Origin: Clostridia bacterium | GTDB taxonomy: Bacteria; Bacillota; Clostridia; JAAYHZ01 | Assembly (NCBI GenBank): GCA_050950825.1 | Contig: JBMNIH010000004.1 | Coordinates: 288,001-352,000, forward strand | Length of the DNA stretch: 64,000 bases | Direction of reading: 5' to 3' | Part shown: positions 49,524 through 60,207 of the stretch, one piece after another | How the letters are laid out: each line of letters opens with the position of its first letter | Numbering within the stretch: position 1 is the first letter of the stretch | Program-made: the position numbers and the translations under genes | Notes under the pieces: model-generated | Seen by the model: the letters and a program-made list of their open reading frames with translations, nothing else | The model's database searches: none | What the model was told of the DNA's origin: nothing

Positions 49524-50555
49524 TTAACCTTCCAAAGGCAATCGAACCGGTTTGCCCGTTTCGATGGATTTTGCTATGGCGAAGCAAACCTCCATGGTTT
49601 TCGCCGCATCGGATAAATTGGCGATGGGCTGTTCGCCCTTCAAAATGCAGTCTACGAAGTGATTAATTTCTTCCGCAAAAGGATGGTGAGTAACGTCTCC
49701 GGAATCCGGCAGTATCACGGGATACTCGAAATATCCTTTTTGGCCCGGGAATTTATGTGAATAGACCTTGTTGTTTAATACGGTTCCCTTTTGCCCGACG
49801 ATATGCAAATTGAAGATGTAGGGGGTTTTGCATTCTAACAAGGAGGACACTTTCCCGATGGCTCCGTTTTGAAACTTCAGCACGGCAACTACATTAGGAT
49901 CAAATTCGTAATCCGATCCGTCGAATCCGGGTGCGGAATAACCGAAGACTTCCGTGACTTCTCCGCAGAACCAGCGCAAGGCATCAACCGCATGGCATCC
50001 GGCGGACAACAGGCTGTCCCCGCCGCTTTGCTTTGTTTTGGACCATCGGTATTGCACATAATGGGGGCCGATCCAATGCCAATAATCCGTTTCCATATAC
50101 ATAATCTTGCCTACGGTATCGTCTTCCAATAGTTTTTTCGTGGTTACAAACATGGGATTCCACCGAAGAACGAAGCTGACGACGGTGGAAACGCCGGCCT
50201 TTTCAACGGCATTTTTCATCTTTAAAACATCCTCGTAGGTCATCGCCAGAGGCTTTTCCACCACCAGATGTTTTCCCGCTTCCGCACCTTTGACCACCTG
50301 TTCGCAATGAACGTCAGGGGGCGTGCAAATGGAAATGATATCGATAGCGGGATCCTGTAGCATCTCGTCGTAAGAGGAATATATTTTCCCGGATATACCG
50401 CATTCCGCTAATTTTTCTTGGGCCTTTTGAGCCGTGCGGCTGTAAATGCCTATGACATCCGTATACGGGTTGCTTATGTACGCTTTAATATGCTCTCCCG
50501 AAACCCATCCTGCACCTACAATACCTACGCCGAATCGTTCTTTCGTAATGCTCAT
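49524..50555 (-). CDS. Gfo/Idh/MocA oxidoreductase
   Basis: GIVGAG, ICTP...H, GKH..VEKP, GCHAVD; GGAGG RBS. Confidence 0.9.
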   Translation of the reverse strand: MSITKERFGVGIVGAGWVSGEHIKAYISNPYTDVIGIYSRTAQKAQEKLAECGISGKIYSSYDEMLQDPAIDIISICTPPDVHCEQVVKGAEAGKHLVVEKPLAMTYEDVLKMKNAVEKAGVSTVVSFVLRWNPMFVTTKKLLEDDTVGKIMYMETDYWHWIGPHYVQYRWSKTKQSGGDSLLSAGCHAVDALRWFCGEVTEVFGYSAPGFDGSDYEFDPNVVAVLKFQNGAIGKVSSLLECKTPYIFNLHIVGQKGTVLNNKVYSHKFPGQKGYFEYPVILPDSGDVTHHPFAEEINHFVDCILKGEQPIANLSDAAKTMEVCFAIAKSIETGKPVRLPLEG

Positions 50556-50636
50556 GTTGAGACCTCCTTCTATTGAAAGATTGGGATTTTCTCTTTTATT
50601 ATACAACATTTCCTTACCTTTGTCCCGGTATTTGCC

Positions 50637-51329
50637 CTATTTATAGGGACAGACCTTGATGCAGATACCGCAAACAGACCCTCGGCCGATATGCTTGAAG
50701 TGTTTGTTCATGTAGACGGAGCAAGCTTGGGGATCCAAAAGCTTTTCTCTTTCCATTCCGTATTCCCACAAGGTCCCTTTCAAGGCTTTTGCAGGGCATG
50801 CGTCCACGCACTTTGTGCAGGATCCGCAAAGGCTTTCCCTCATCGGGTTTCCCGTTTGAAGCTTCATATCCGTCAAAACGGTGCCTAAACGCACGCGGGG
50901 ACCGAAATCCTTATGAATAAACAAACCGTTTTTTCCGATCCATCCCAATCCGGAAGCTACCGCTCCGGTCTTGTGGGGGAAGATACCGCTGAAGGGTATT
51001 TCGGAATCCGGTATGCTTTGGGAAGCCGCGATGGTGTAGGCGTTGTATCCTCGCTTTTGCAGTGTCAGCAATATTTGCAGATTGATTTGATCGATAAGAA
51101 AATTGACGGATCGATAATGGTTGAAATAGTTGTGGGTCGGTTTTTCCAAGTCGATTTCATCGATGATGGCATCGGACAGCTTTATACCGAAGGTGATAGC
51201 ATAAGGATAAGGCTTTAAGTATTCCGGCAAAAGGTCCCGAACATAGGAGAATCCCGTAAAGGATCCTCCCATATTCGTGATTAGCTCGGTTATTTCCTTT
51301 TGAACGGCAATCGTGTCTTGATCATTCAT
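50637..51329 (-). CDS. Epoxyqueuosine-reductase-like 4Fe-4S/cobalamin protein
   Basis: HKT.AV.SGLGWIGKN.L, FGPRVRL..VLTD, CGSCTKCVDACP and CGICIKVCP. Confidence 0.8.
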   Translation of the reverse strand: MNDQDTIAVQKEITELITNMGGSFTGFSYVRDLLPEYLKPYPYAITFGIKLSDAIIDEIDLEKPTHNYFNHYRSVNFLIDQINLQILLTLQKRGYNAYTIAASQSIPDSEIPFSGIFPHKTGAVASGLGWIGKNGLFIHKDFGPRVRLGTVLTDMKLQTGNPMRESLCGSCTKCVDACPAKALKGTLWEYGMEREKLLDPQACSVYMNKHFKHIGRGSVCGICIKVCPYK

Positions 51330-51347
51330 CCTGATCGCCCTTCCTTT

Positions 51348-53264
51348 TTATGCTCTCGGTGCAATTCGGCTGGGCGAAACGACGGCATCATAGAAGTTGG
51401 CATAGGAGATCAAGCCTTCCGTGGGCTTGAAAGGCAATCTTTCTTGCTCCAGCTCTTCCAAACGGTCCAACGTACCGTTTAAATAATCGCCGATTTGCTC
51501 GATGGCGCTTTCGATACGTACCAAAAGAGATCCGTAGCGCATGTCCAAAACATCCCAACCGAGAGGCTTGTTGTTAGCGAACCAAACCTTTTTATGCGTT
51601 TTGCGTAAAACGATGACCCGTTTCTTCAATTCCGGCAGCAGCTCTTCGGCATATTTTCTCAAGGTTTCCTTGTCGCCTTCCCTGTATGCTTTTGTGATAC
51701 GGACTCCCGCTTCGGCTTTGATGGCCAAAACGTTGCTGACATCGTACAGAAGCTCGAAAATGTGGTTGTATTCGCCGTTGCGGCTCCTTGCGGCATCCAA
51801 TACCGCAGTCATTTTTTCATAATGCTCCTGCAAGGGAAGACCCTTGATATGGTAGTCGATGAGTCCCGTTAAGATGTCTTGCCACATCAGGTACTTGGAG
51901 GGGTTGCATTCTCTCGGATTGTCTTTTTCCACGCCCGGCACTTCGTCCAAGTATTTAATGGATATAAAGTCGTCGTAATTGCATCCGGTGCAGAACTCGA
52001 ATCGTTCCTTCAGCTTTTGAAGATCGAGTTCTTTTGCGTAGCCGTGTTCGGCATACAGCTGCAAGCCCAAAAGGTTCATGAACACATCGCCTTCGGTGCC
52101 GTTATCTCCCCAGATGGTGACGAATACTTCTTTAATGCCTTCTTTCTTGCATGCGGAAAGGGCGGGGTTTGTATTATTAAACGTTTTACCCCAGTTGGCG
52201 GTATAGCCGGTCCATGTCCATATGCCTCCTGCGAAGATGGGGTCGGAACCGAACATACGGTGTCTTTTGATCATTTCGTAATAGAACTCTTCGTTGTCAT
52301 GGTAATAATCCCAGTAAACCAATTGGGCGCCTTTCGGTACGGTATCCACCAATTCTTGGGTTAATTCTCCGCCCAAATCGTAATAGTCGCCTCTTTTGGA
52401 TGCCGCTCTGAAATACATATCGCTCCAGTACATGGGGATCAAATCGTACTTTTTTACGATCTCCAGAACACGGGCCATATGGTCGTTCATAATATCGAAT
52501 TTTTTCTTGTAGCCGTATTTATTGAAGTATTGGCCCATTCCCAAATGCCAAGCCTCGTCCATACCGATATGGATTCGTTTGGTGCGGAAGGGAGCGCTAG
52601 CGGCTCGAATATACTCTTCGACAATTTGGTATGTCTTTTCCGAACCTACCAAAAGGGTTTCCTGGTCGTCTCGAGTATCGTGATACACGTACCATTTCAA
52701 CACTTCGTAAAGGTGAGCCAAGGTTTGGATACAGGGAATCATTTCGATTCCGAACATATAGGCGTAATCGTCCAGCTCCTTCATGTCGTCGTAGGTATAT
52801 TTTCCTCGCATGTAGCCGAAATAGGGCTGTTCTTTCACGACATAGCTGTCTTCGCAGTACAGCATCAGCATGTTGAGCCCCATAATCGCCATTCTTCTTA
52901 AAATGTTTTTCACCGATGCCACGTTGATAACGGCGTTCCCTTGGGATACGTCGAACATGGCACCGTTCATGGTAAACTGAGGCGTTTCCATGATTTCGAA
53001 GGATTCATTGCCTTTTTTAAGCTGCTCCAGCAGCAAACCTAAGGCTCTGAAAAAGTGAATCCTTTCGGAATACCGAAGGGTAATGTCCGACCCTTTTTTT
53101 GAAACCATTACGTCGCCGCCTTGGACTTTTTGGACCTTTACCAAAAAGCCGTCGGAGCAGCAGCAGGTATCGTCGCAAAAAACGGGAATAAAGTCAAAAT
53201 CCTTCGATAAAATTTCGATTCCTTGGATACAGTCTTTTACATCACCGAAAAAACAAAGTTTCAT
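51348..53264 (-). CDS. GH20 beta-N-acetylhexosaminidase (GcnA-like)
   Basis: PYFGYMRG.Y, IPCIQTLAHL, IHIGMDEA, WSDMYF, YWDYY, FAGGIW.W, T.WGDNG.E. Confidence 0.9.
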   Translation of the reverse strand: MKLCFFGDVKDCIQGIEILSKDFDFIPVFCDDTCCCSDGFLVKVQKVQGGDVMVSKKGSDITLRYSERIHFFRALGLLLEQLKKGNESFEIMETPQFTMNGAMFDVSQGNAVINVASVKNILRRMAIMGLNMLMLYCEDSYVVKEQPYFGYMRGKYTYDDMKELDDYAYMFGIEMIPCIQTLAHLYEVLKWYVYHDTRDDQETLLVGSEKTYQIVEEYIRAASAPFRTKRIHIGMDEAWHLGMGQYFNKYGYKKKFDIMNDHMARVLEIVKKYDLIPMYWSDMYFRAASKRGDYYDLGGELTQELVDTVPKGAQLVYWDYYHDNEEFYYEMIKRHRMFGSDPIFAGGIWTWTGYTANWGKTFNNTNPALSACKKEGIKEVFVTIWGDNGTEGDVFMNLLGLQLYAEHGYAKELDLQKLKERFEFCTGCNYDDFISIKYLDEVPGVEKDNPRECNPSKYLMWQDILTGLIDYHIKGLPLQEHYEKMTAVLDAARSRNGEYNHIFELLYDVSNVLAIKAEAGVRITKAYREGDKETLRKYAEELLPELKKRVIVLRKTHKKVWFANNKPLGWDVLDMRYGSLLVRIESAIEQIGDYLNGTLDRLEELEQERLPFKPTEGLISYANFYDAVVSPSRIAPRA

Positions 53265-53354
53265 AGCGTTAACGAACTCCCTTTTTGTTATATTTTAATT
53301 GTAAACCAAGATTCATTGTATCATAATCTCGGATGAAAGAAACCGGGTATAAGG

Positions 53355-54113
53355 TTAACGGGAGGATTTTTTATTCGTCGAAAGCTTGTACCCGCTTAAA
53401 GCGATCAAGGTCAATGCCGGGGCATAGAAAACCCATATGAATGCGTAAGCGAGGGACCTTTCCATGCCCTTCGGTAAGATCCACGATAATCCGACATTGA
53501 TATCGCAGAAAAGAAAGCAGATCATCCCTATAAATACCAAAAGCCCGTTTTTTTTCGGCAACAGTCTTAATATATAGGCGGAAGCGGCGGCCCAAAGGGA
53601 CAATGAAACGGTACAGGCATAGATCGCCATAAAAACCAAAAGATGCGGCCGGGAAGACAAGGAACGAATAAAGAACAGCAAGGCGGTCGGGAGGATGAAA
53701 CCGACCGAAAGGGAGGGAAGTAAAAGCTTGATAAAATTTCGTTTTAACTTTTCTTTCATTCCCGCGGAGTTCCTTAAAATCAGCCCGGATTGGACCCAAA
53801 TGAAGAAAAAGATACCTACGGTTTGGCTTTCGAAGTATACCAAAGAAAAATCGGCTATGATGATGAGAACATAGATGACCTTCATAAGGAAAGCATCTCT
53901 TTTGTTCAACCCGTCATTTCCCGTTATGAAAACAAGAAGTGTCGTGAGAAAAACAACGAAAGCTTTTAAGGTGTTCGAATCCAAACCGGTACGAAAGGGC
54001 TTTGAATATAGCAGAGCCGTAAAATCCTGCAGCACGAACAAAAGCCATGTTACGATAAGAAGAATAACAACGACGGCAACCGTATATTTTTTATGCGATG
54101 CTATTGCGACCAC
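53355..54113 (-). CDS. YhhN/lysoplasmalogenase-like membrane protein
   Basis: 8 TM; IAD..L, GM..FL.CDINVG, W.FY.PA...IALS; start uncertain. Confidence 0.7.
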   Translation of the reverse strand: MVAIASHKKYTVAVVVILLIVTWLLFVLQDFTALLYSKPFRTGLDSNTLKAFVVFLTTLLVFITGNDGLNKRDAFLMKVIYVLIIIADFSLVYFESQTVGIFFFIWVQSGLILRNSAGMKEKLKRNFIKLLLPSLSVGFILPTALLFFIRSLSSRPHLLVFMAIYACTVSLSLWAAASAYILRLLPKKNGLLVFIGMICFLFCDINVGLSWILPKGMERSLAYAFIWVFYAPALTLIALSGYKLSTNKKSSR

Positions 54114-54198
54114 CTTCTTTTTTTATCCGAGGTTAGATTTATAATATCACAGGAGAAAGAATCAATTGTGAAATTACCGGTAAAATTGTTATTGATGT

Positions 54199-54227
54199 TT
54201 GAAAAATCGGGATGTTTCGGTTATAAT
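54199..54227 (+). promoter_or_regulatory. sigma-A promoter of trpS
   Basis: TTGAAA-17 nt-TATAAT. Confidence 0.7.
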
Positions 54228-54294
54228 ACAAAAAGTTATAGGAATTTGAGTAATAAACAAGACGATTTGCCGTTAGAAAGGAGAAGCGGCTTTT

Positions 54295-55413
54295 TTGGGT
54301 ATAAATGCTTTGAAGCCGCGATACTTTATGACAATAGAAGAAAAACTCAATTACGGTACTTTTGAAGCCACGGTAGAACGAAGCTTGAAGCTGGAAGAGG
54401 ACCTAATTAAAAACCCCCAAAAATACAGAGTTTTAACGGGAGACCGTCCTACCGGGCGTCTTCATATCGGCCATTTATTCGGCTCTTTGCAAAATCGCGT
54501 TCGGCTTCACCGTTTAGGTGTTCAAACCTTTATCGTTATTGCCGATTACCAAGTGTTAACCGACAGAGACACATTCGAACATATTTCCGAAAACATTAAG
54601 CAATTGACCATTGACTATATAGCCGCCGGGATTGATCCGGAATCCGACAATGTATGTATTTTTCCCCACAGCCACGTACCGGAGCTCAACCAACTGCTGC
54701 TTCCTTTCTTGACGTTGGTGACCATGGCGGAATTGGACCGAAACCCCACCGTGAAGGAGGAAATCGCCGCAGCCGGACTCAAACGCATTAATGCCGGTAT
54801 GTATACGTACCCCGTGCATCAGGCGGCCGATATTTTGTTCTGCAAAGGAAACGTGGTTCCGGTCGGGAAGGACCAATTGCCTCACTTGGAATTGACCCGC
54901 ACCATCGCACGACGCTTCAACGAAAGATTTGCGCAAAATATGGCGGTATTTCCCGAGCCACAGCCCCTTTTGAGCAAAGCTCCCTTGATTTTAGGGCTGG
55001 ACGGCAGCCAAAAAATGAGTAAAAGTCGAAACAACGCCATCATGCTCAGTGCAACGGAAGACGAAACCGCCCAACTCATTAAAAAAGCGAAAACCGATGC
55101 CCAAAGACAAATCACCTACGATCCGGAAAACCGACCGGAGGTTTCGAATTTGTTGACGTTGATTTCTCTTTCCACCGGAGAGGCGCCGGAAGCCATTGCG
55201 GAAAGAATAGGGGACGGGGGCGGAGCGCAGCTGAAAAGAATGCTGACCGAATCCTTGAATGACTACCTCAGACCCTTGAGAGCGAAAAGAAAAGAATTGG
55301 AAGCCAACATGGATTATGTAAGGGACGTATTGAAGCGAGGAGTTAACAAGGCTCGTGAAATAGCGGAAGCGACGTTAGACGAAGTGCGAAGCGTCATGAA
55401 CATGGAAATCTGA
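54295..55413 (+). CDS. trpS: Tryptophanyl-tRNA synthetase
   Basis: TGDRPTG.LHIGH, YPVHQAADIL, VPVG.DQ.PH.E, KMSKS; start is TTG 54295 or ATG 54328. Confidence 0.95.
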   Translation: MGINALKPRYFMTIEEKLNYGTFEATVERSLKLEEDLIKNPQKYRVLTGDRPTGRLHIGHLFGSLQNRVRLHRLGVQTFIVIADYQVLTDRDTFEHISENIKQLTIDYIAAGIDPESDNVCIFPHSHVPELNQLLLPFLTLVTMAELDRNPTVKEEIAAAGLKRINAGMYTYPVHQAADILFCKGNVVPVGKDQLPHLELTRTIARRFNERFAQNMAVFPEPQPLLSKAPLILGLDGSQKMSKSRNNAIMLSATEDETAQLIKKAKTDAQRQITYDPENRPEVSNLLTLISLSTGEAPEAIAERIGDGGGAQLKRMLTESLNDYLRPLRAKRKELEANMDYVRDVLKRGVNKAREIAEATLDEVRSVMNMEI

Positions 55414-55515
55414 CTTTCGTAAGCAACGTAACGACTAAACATCGTTATTGTCTCCAAATTTACCCGCAAAGCTCTTCATAGAGCTCTGCGGGCTTTTTTT
55501 ACGGTATTATCGGTA

Positions 55516-57186
55516 TTACAATCCGTATCCGTAGGAATATTTATCGGAGATGGTAACCGGCAGCTTTCCTTGTGCATTTTTTATGCCGTATAGGATATCC
55601 GCCGCCGTATCCAGAGAATAAATATTATCGGAGTAGGTGCACAAAAGATTGTCCGTTTCGGGCATCTTGCTTGCCACGTAAGGATTTCCTGCGATAACGG
55701 CGGAAACGGAGCGGTTCTTTTCTTTAAGAATGTTCAAAAGCTTCACTTGGGATTCGGGAATGGTACCGCTTCCTTCCTTGTAGCTTAATATTCTTACGAA
55801 GGTAATAAAGATGATGTCGTCGTATCGGCTGCAGTTTTGATCAATATAGGTTAATTGCTCCTTTGTCGGATCTTCGTTTACCAAATACAATTCCGCTTGC
55901 TCCGCATATTTTTTGACGGAGTTGTAGAAATGATAGAATTTTTGGGTAATCAACGTGGCCATATCCTTTGCAGCCGTTAAACCGGCATCGCTCGCGGTGG
56001 CGATCACCAAGGTTTTTCTTCCGCCGTCCGTTGCTTTCAAGGGCAGCGTACGGTTTTCCAAAAGAGTAACGGATTTGTCGGCGATTTTCTTGGAAAGCTC
56101 GATGTGTTCTTTTACGGACATCAGCTTTTCCGTTGTGTCGTAGGATATTTCTTTTCTTTCATGTACCAAAGCCCATTCTTTGTACTTGAGTATTTTCATA
56201 ACGGCGGCATCGACCTGTTTCATATCGATGTCTCCTTCTTTTACGGCTTTGAGCAATGCATTGAAGGTAATCATAGGATCCGAGTTATAGTCTTGAAGGA
56301 TCATGTCGTTGCCCGCTTTAAAAGCAAGAACGGCGGCTTGTTCAATGCCGTAACGGTCCTTTATCGCCCTCATGGTCAGGCTATCGGTAATGCTTAAGCC
56401 TTGAAAGCCCCATTCTTCTTTTAGCAATCCGGTCATGATTTTTCTTGACAAAGTGGCGGGCGTTCCCGGCTCTTCTCCTTCCTGAAGAGCGGGGAAATAG
56501 ATATGAGCGGTCATAAGACCTTTCATTCCTTTTTTAATCAATTCACGGAAAGGTCTTAACTCCATATTGTCCAATATTTCACGAGAGCGATCGACAATCG
56601 GCATGGCAATGTGAGAATCGACGGCCGTATCGCCGTGTCCGGGGAAGTGTTTCCCGTTCGGTATGATCCTTTGGCTCTGCATACCGTCGATGTAGCTTTC
56701 TCCGAAACGAATAACGGTATCCGTATTGTCGCCGAAGGATCGAGTCCCGATAATGGGGTTATTGGGATTGGAATTTATATCCAGTACCGGATTGGAGATG
56801 ATATCAAAGCCTAAGGCCTTGGCTTCTTTGGCGATCGCCTTGGCTACATCGTAAGAAAGCTCCGGATCCCCGGTTGCCGCTATGGCCATTTGGGTGGGGA
56901 AAGAGGTTCCTACATCGTAAAACATATCGCAAATCCCGGTTTCGGCATCCAAGTACATAAAGGGAGGTATTTTGGATATCCTGTACAGCTTGTTCAAATA
57001 CTCGGTAAGCTTTACGGGATCCTTTTTGCATACTTGCCGGACCACCACGGCGCCGATTCCGCCTAACAGGCCTTCCTTCAGCATTTCTTCCATGGAATCA
57101 ATGAAATACAAGCCTCTGGTGATAATCAATTGACCGACTTTTTGCTCCAATGTCAGTTCTTTAAACGTTTGCTCAGCCCAAGACAT
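55516..57186 (-). CDS. GH3 beta-N-acetylglucosaminidase (NagZ-like)
   Basis: KHFPGHGDTAVDSH signature, MTAH, ITDSL.M, C-terminal GKLPV. Confidence 0.9.
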   Translation of the reverse strand: MSWAEQTFKELTLEQKVGQLIITRGLYFIDSMEEMLKEGLLGGIGAVVVRQVCKKDPVKLTEYLNKLYRISKIPPFMYLDAETGICDMFYDVGTSFPTQMAIAATGDPELSYDVAKAIAKEAKALGFDIISNPVLDINSNPNNPIIGTRSFGDNTDTVIRFGESYIDGMQSQRIIPNGKHFPGHGDTAVDSHIAMPIVDRSREILDNMELRPFRELIKKGMKGLMTAHIYFPALQEGEEPGTPATLSRKIMTGLLKEEWGFQGLSITDSLTMRAIKDRYGIEQAAVLAFKAGNDMILQDYNSDPMITFNALLKAVKEGDIDMKQVDAAVMKILKYKEWALVHERKEISYDTTEKLMSVKEHIELSKKIADKSVTLLENRTLPLKATDGGRKTLVIATASDAGLTAAKDMATLITQKFYHFYNSVKKYAEQAELYLVNEDPTKEQLTYIDQNCSRYDDIIFITFVRILSYKEGSGTIPESQVKLLNILKEKNRSVSAVIAGNPYVASKMPETDNLLCTYSDNIYSLDTAADILYGIKNAQGKLPVTISDKYSYGYGL

Positions 57187-57376
57187 GTTTTTTTCTCCTT
57201 TAATGATTTTTCAATATTTTAAAAAGGTCGAATGTCCGTTTTCCACCTGTTTACCATTATATACGAAGGAGGGGAGGAAACAAATACTTACAAAAAACTT
57301 TTCAGTGAATCCGAAACGGTTCGAAAATATCACTCAAGCGGCGCTTGAGTTTATTTTTAACGGCTATAAAATGATT

Positions 57377-57420
57377 TCAATAAACGGTTGATTGTCCGAA
57401 TCTTACGGTTGGTTTACAAT
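57377..57420 (+). promoter_or_regulatory. Promoter with repeated operator-like motif upstream of the XRE regulator
   Basis: TTGTCC-17-TACAAT overlapped by ACGGTTG at 57384 and 57405 (21 bp apart); the first copy sits in the palindrome TCAA-N7-TTGA. Confidence 0.5.
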
Positions 57421-57455
57421 GATATTAAACGAGAGTACGGATCGGAGGAATAGCG

Positions 57456-58952
57456 ATGTTGGATGCAGGAAAAATTGGACGGTATATATCCTTTTTAAGA
57501 AAAAACAACGGTATGACGCAGGCACAACTGGCGGATAGGCTGAATGTCAGCCACCAAGCGGTTTCAAACTGGGAGCGAGGAGAAACGCTGCCGGATATTG
57601 AACAGCTCATCGGACTGGCTAAAGTTCTGAATACTACTACGGACCGCATTCTTTTAGCCGGAGCATCCGATGCGCCTGAAGCTGAAGCATTGCCGGCGGA
57701 AGAAATGCCGATTGCCGAGGGAATGGACGAGGAAGCAACGGATTTTTCTCCAAGGGACGATTTCACATCCGACACCGGATTCGGAATAAAAGATAAGGAA
57801 GACGGAATCCGTGAAATCAAAGACAGGATAAATGAGCTTCATGATCGAATCCGCGAGCAAAGCAACGCTATGTCGGAGCTTGACGAGAAATATCGAAGGG
57901 CAAAATCCGATAAAGCAATCGACAAAATGCAGGATTATTTGGATGAAGCGCTGGACAGAATCGACGATTTACAGGACGAAGCGGACAAATTGCAGGATAA
58001 AATGGACGAATTGCAAGACGAGGCGGACGAGCTTCAAGATAAAGCGGACGAATACTCGGATGACGAGATTGAAGATTTTCAGGATGAAATAGAAGAGCTG
58101 CAGGATCAAGTGGAAGAACTCCATGATGAAATTGAAGAATTGTATGACGAAATCGAAGAATTGCAAGACGAGCTCGAAGACTTAATCGACGACGAGGACG
58201 ATGCCGATGGGGAAGATGATAAAGAATACACGATTCCTTTGACCTCATCGATGCAGGATCCGAACGATTGGCAGAAAATCATATCCATGGCTCCTTTTGC
58301 ATCTTCCGAAACCCTCGAAAGACTCCTCGAGGAGCTTGATCTGAAAAAGGATATCAACAAGATTGTGCAGCTTGCACCCTTTTTAAAATCTCATACCATT
58401 GAGGATTTGATCATGAAGGCAATGCATGACGAAGATCATCCCGACTGGGATATTATCCGAAAGCTTGCACCCTTTGCACCGGGCGGCGTTTTAGACAAGC
58501 TTGTACCTGTACTGAAGGAGAAAGCGTCCTTTAAAGAAATTTGCCATATCAGTCCTTTTATGAGTAGGTCCGCGTTGGAAAAGCTGTTAATTGACATTTA
58601 CAAGGACTACGGCTTTTCCAAATGGGAAATCATTATGAAGCTGGTACCTTTTGCAGGCGGCTCGGCTCTTGATCAATTGGTTTCCGAAATGGAGACGAAA
58701 GAGGAAATAAAAAGAATACTTCGATTCGCCATGTTTTTAAACCGGGAGACCGTTGATAAACTGATACGGAAAATTGAGGATTTCCTTGATGACGATGCCG
58801 ACAATTGGGATATGATTATGAAGCTGGCGCCTTATGCTTCAAAGGCTTCTCTTGACCGGCTCCTAATGAAGATGGACCCAAAAAGAATAGGAAAGATAGC
58901 GCCGTTTTTGGATAAGAATACCATAGACAGGTTCATCAACCGGAATGATTAG
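57456..58952 (+). CDS. XRE-HTH protein with an acidic coiled coil and C-terminal helical repeats
   Basis: MTQAQLADRLNVSHQAVSNWERGETLPD; DEL-QDE heptads; about 8 [LIM]APF-type repeats. Confidence 0.85.
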   Translation: MLDAGKIGRYISFLRKNNGMTQAQLADRLNVSHQAVSNWERGETLPDIEQLIGLAKVLNTTTDRILLAGASDAPEAEALPAEEMPIAEGMDEEATDFSPRDDFTSDTGFGIKDKEDGIREIKDRINELHDRIREQSNAMSELDEKYRRAKSDKAIDKMQDYLDEALDRIDDLQDEADKLQDKMDELQDEADELQDKADEYSDDEIEDFQDEIEELQDQVEELHDEIEELYDEIEELQDELEDLIDDEDDADGEDDKEYTIPLTSSMQDPNDWQKIISMAPFASSETLERLLEELDLKKDINKIVQLAPFLKSHTIEDLIMKAMHDEDHPDWDIIRKLAPFAPGGVLDKLVPVLKEKASFKEICHISPFMSRSALEKLLIDIYKDYGFSKWEIIMKLVPFAGGSALDQLVSEMETKEEIKRILRFAMFLNRETVDKLIRKIEDFLDDDADNWDMIMKLAPYASKASLDRLLMKMDPKRIGKIAPFLDKNTIDRFINRND

Positions 58953-59058
58953 CGGCACGATAAAAATCATTGATTCCGTAAATCGGGAATGATATTATAT
59001 TGAAGAATTGTATCTTAGGTTTTGATAAAAGTTTACGACCCGGTTGGAGGATTCGACA

Positions 59059-60087
59059 ATGAAGTATGAATATAACGGAGTTCAGATACGCCCTTCGGTG
59101 GAAATTTATCATGACTCCATTCCCTACTTAAGCGGCATCACATTAAAAGAGTTCTTTTTGGACAAAGTCAAATGCGCCCAAGCATGGCGGATCGGAAATC
59201 AAAAGATTTACGAATATTTCGGCGATATGCTCCCCTTAAGGCCGATAGCAGGACCGCCCATTTCCTACGGCCATCTGATTTGCATAGGAGCGCCGGTAAC
59301 CTTTCCCGAGGATTCGGAACCGAATGTGAAGCCATTTGTCGATAGTATCGACGAGGGTATTCAAGTCTTGCAGGAAAAGAAAGATATCGATTTTTCGAAG
59401 CAGCCCCTTTTTCAACACTACAAGGAGCTGTGCGATTATCTGCAGGAGCAATTTCCGGAGCAAAAGATTCCGTTTTCCGGTATGGGTTCCCAAGGCCCGT
59501 TAACTTCGGCGATTCTTATGAGAGGTCAAGACTTCATTTTTGACGTTTATGATTATCCCGAAAAAGCAAAAGAATTCTTGCGCCTATTAACCGACAGCAT
59601 TATCGAATTCAGGCGCTTTACGAATCGAGTAAACGGCGCACCCGAAATCAGCCCGTGGGGAACAGGTCTTGCCGATGATTTCGCAAGCCTCATCGCACCG
59701 GATATGTGGGAGGATTTTGTTATCCCCTATTGGAATCAATTCTACGAAGGCTTGACGACGGGTAGAAGATCGCTTCATTGTGAGAATTTATCTCCGAAGC
59801 ATTTGAAGCATTTAAAAGCGACGGGCTTGAGCCATTTCCAACCATCGGTTTCCGATATGTTAACCATTGATAACATTAAAGCCAATACGGACATTCCTTT
59901 CGATTGGCTGTTATACGCTTTCAACATCACCCATATGAGCGACCAAGAGATTCAAGAATGGGTGGATCGCACGGTGGCGAAGGGAATTACATTGATTCGT
60001 ACCCAGTTCGGAAGATTCACCATCGAAGAAGGAAAATTGGACCGAATTAAAGCCTTTTATAAAGCCTTTGAAAAATACAAAGTGTGA
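59059..60087 (+). CDS. Uroporphyrinogen decarboxylase-like TIM barrel protein
   Basis: QGPLTSA.LMRG.DF..D.YD.PE, LADD....I.P..WE.FV.PY, LHCE; GGAGG RBS. Confidence 0.75.
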   Translation: MKYEYNGVQIRPSVEIYHDSIPYLSGITLKEFFLDKVKCAQAWRIGNQKIYEYFGDMLPLRPIAGPPISYGHLICIGAPVTFPEDSEPNVKPFVDSIDEGIQVLQEKKDIDFSKQPLFQHYKELCDYLQEQFPEQKIPFSGMGSQGPLTSAILMRGQDFIFDVYDYPEKAKEFLRLLTDSIIEFRRFTNRVNGAPEISPWGTGLADDFASLIAPDMWEDFVIPYWNQFYEGLTTGRRSLHCENLSPKHLKHLKATGLSHFQPSVSDMLTIDNIKANTDIPFDWLLYAFNITHMSDQEIQEWVDRTVAKGITLIRTQFGRFTIEEGKLDRIKAFYKAFEKYKV

Positions 60088-60207
60088 AGTGAACGAAAAG
60101 TAAAAATCGAAAAAAGCCTTCCTTTACACGATGTATCGTAAAAAGGAAGGTTTTATTTATTGCGATTTTAACATAAAGATTTTGCATCGAGAAAAGGATA
60201 ACAACGT

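Noticed and set aside
57930-58220. 21 bp periodicity as a DNA repeat element
   Set aside because: Explained by protein heptads with synonymous variation.
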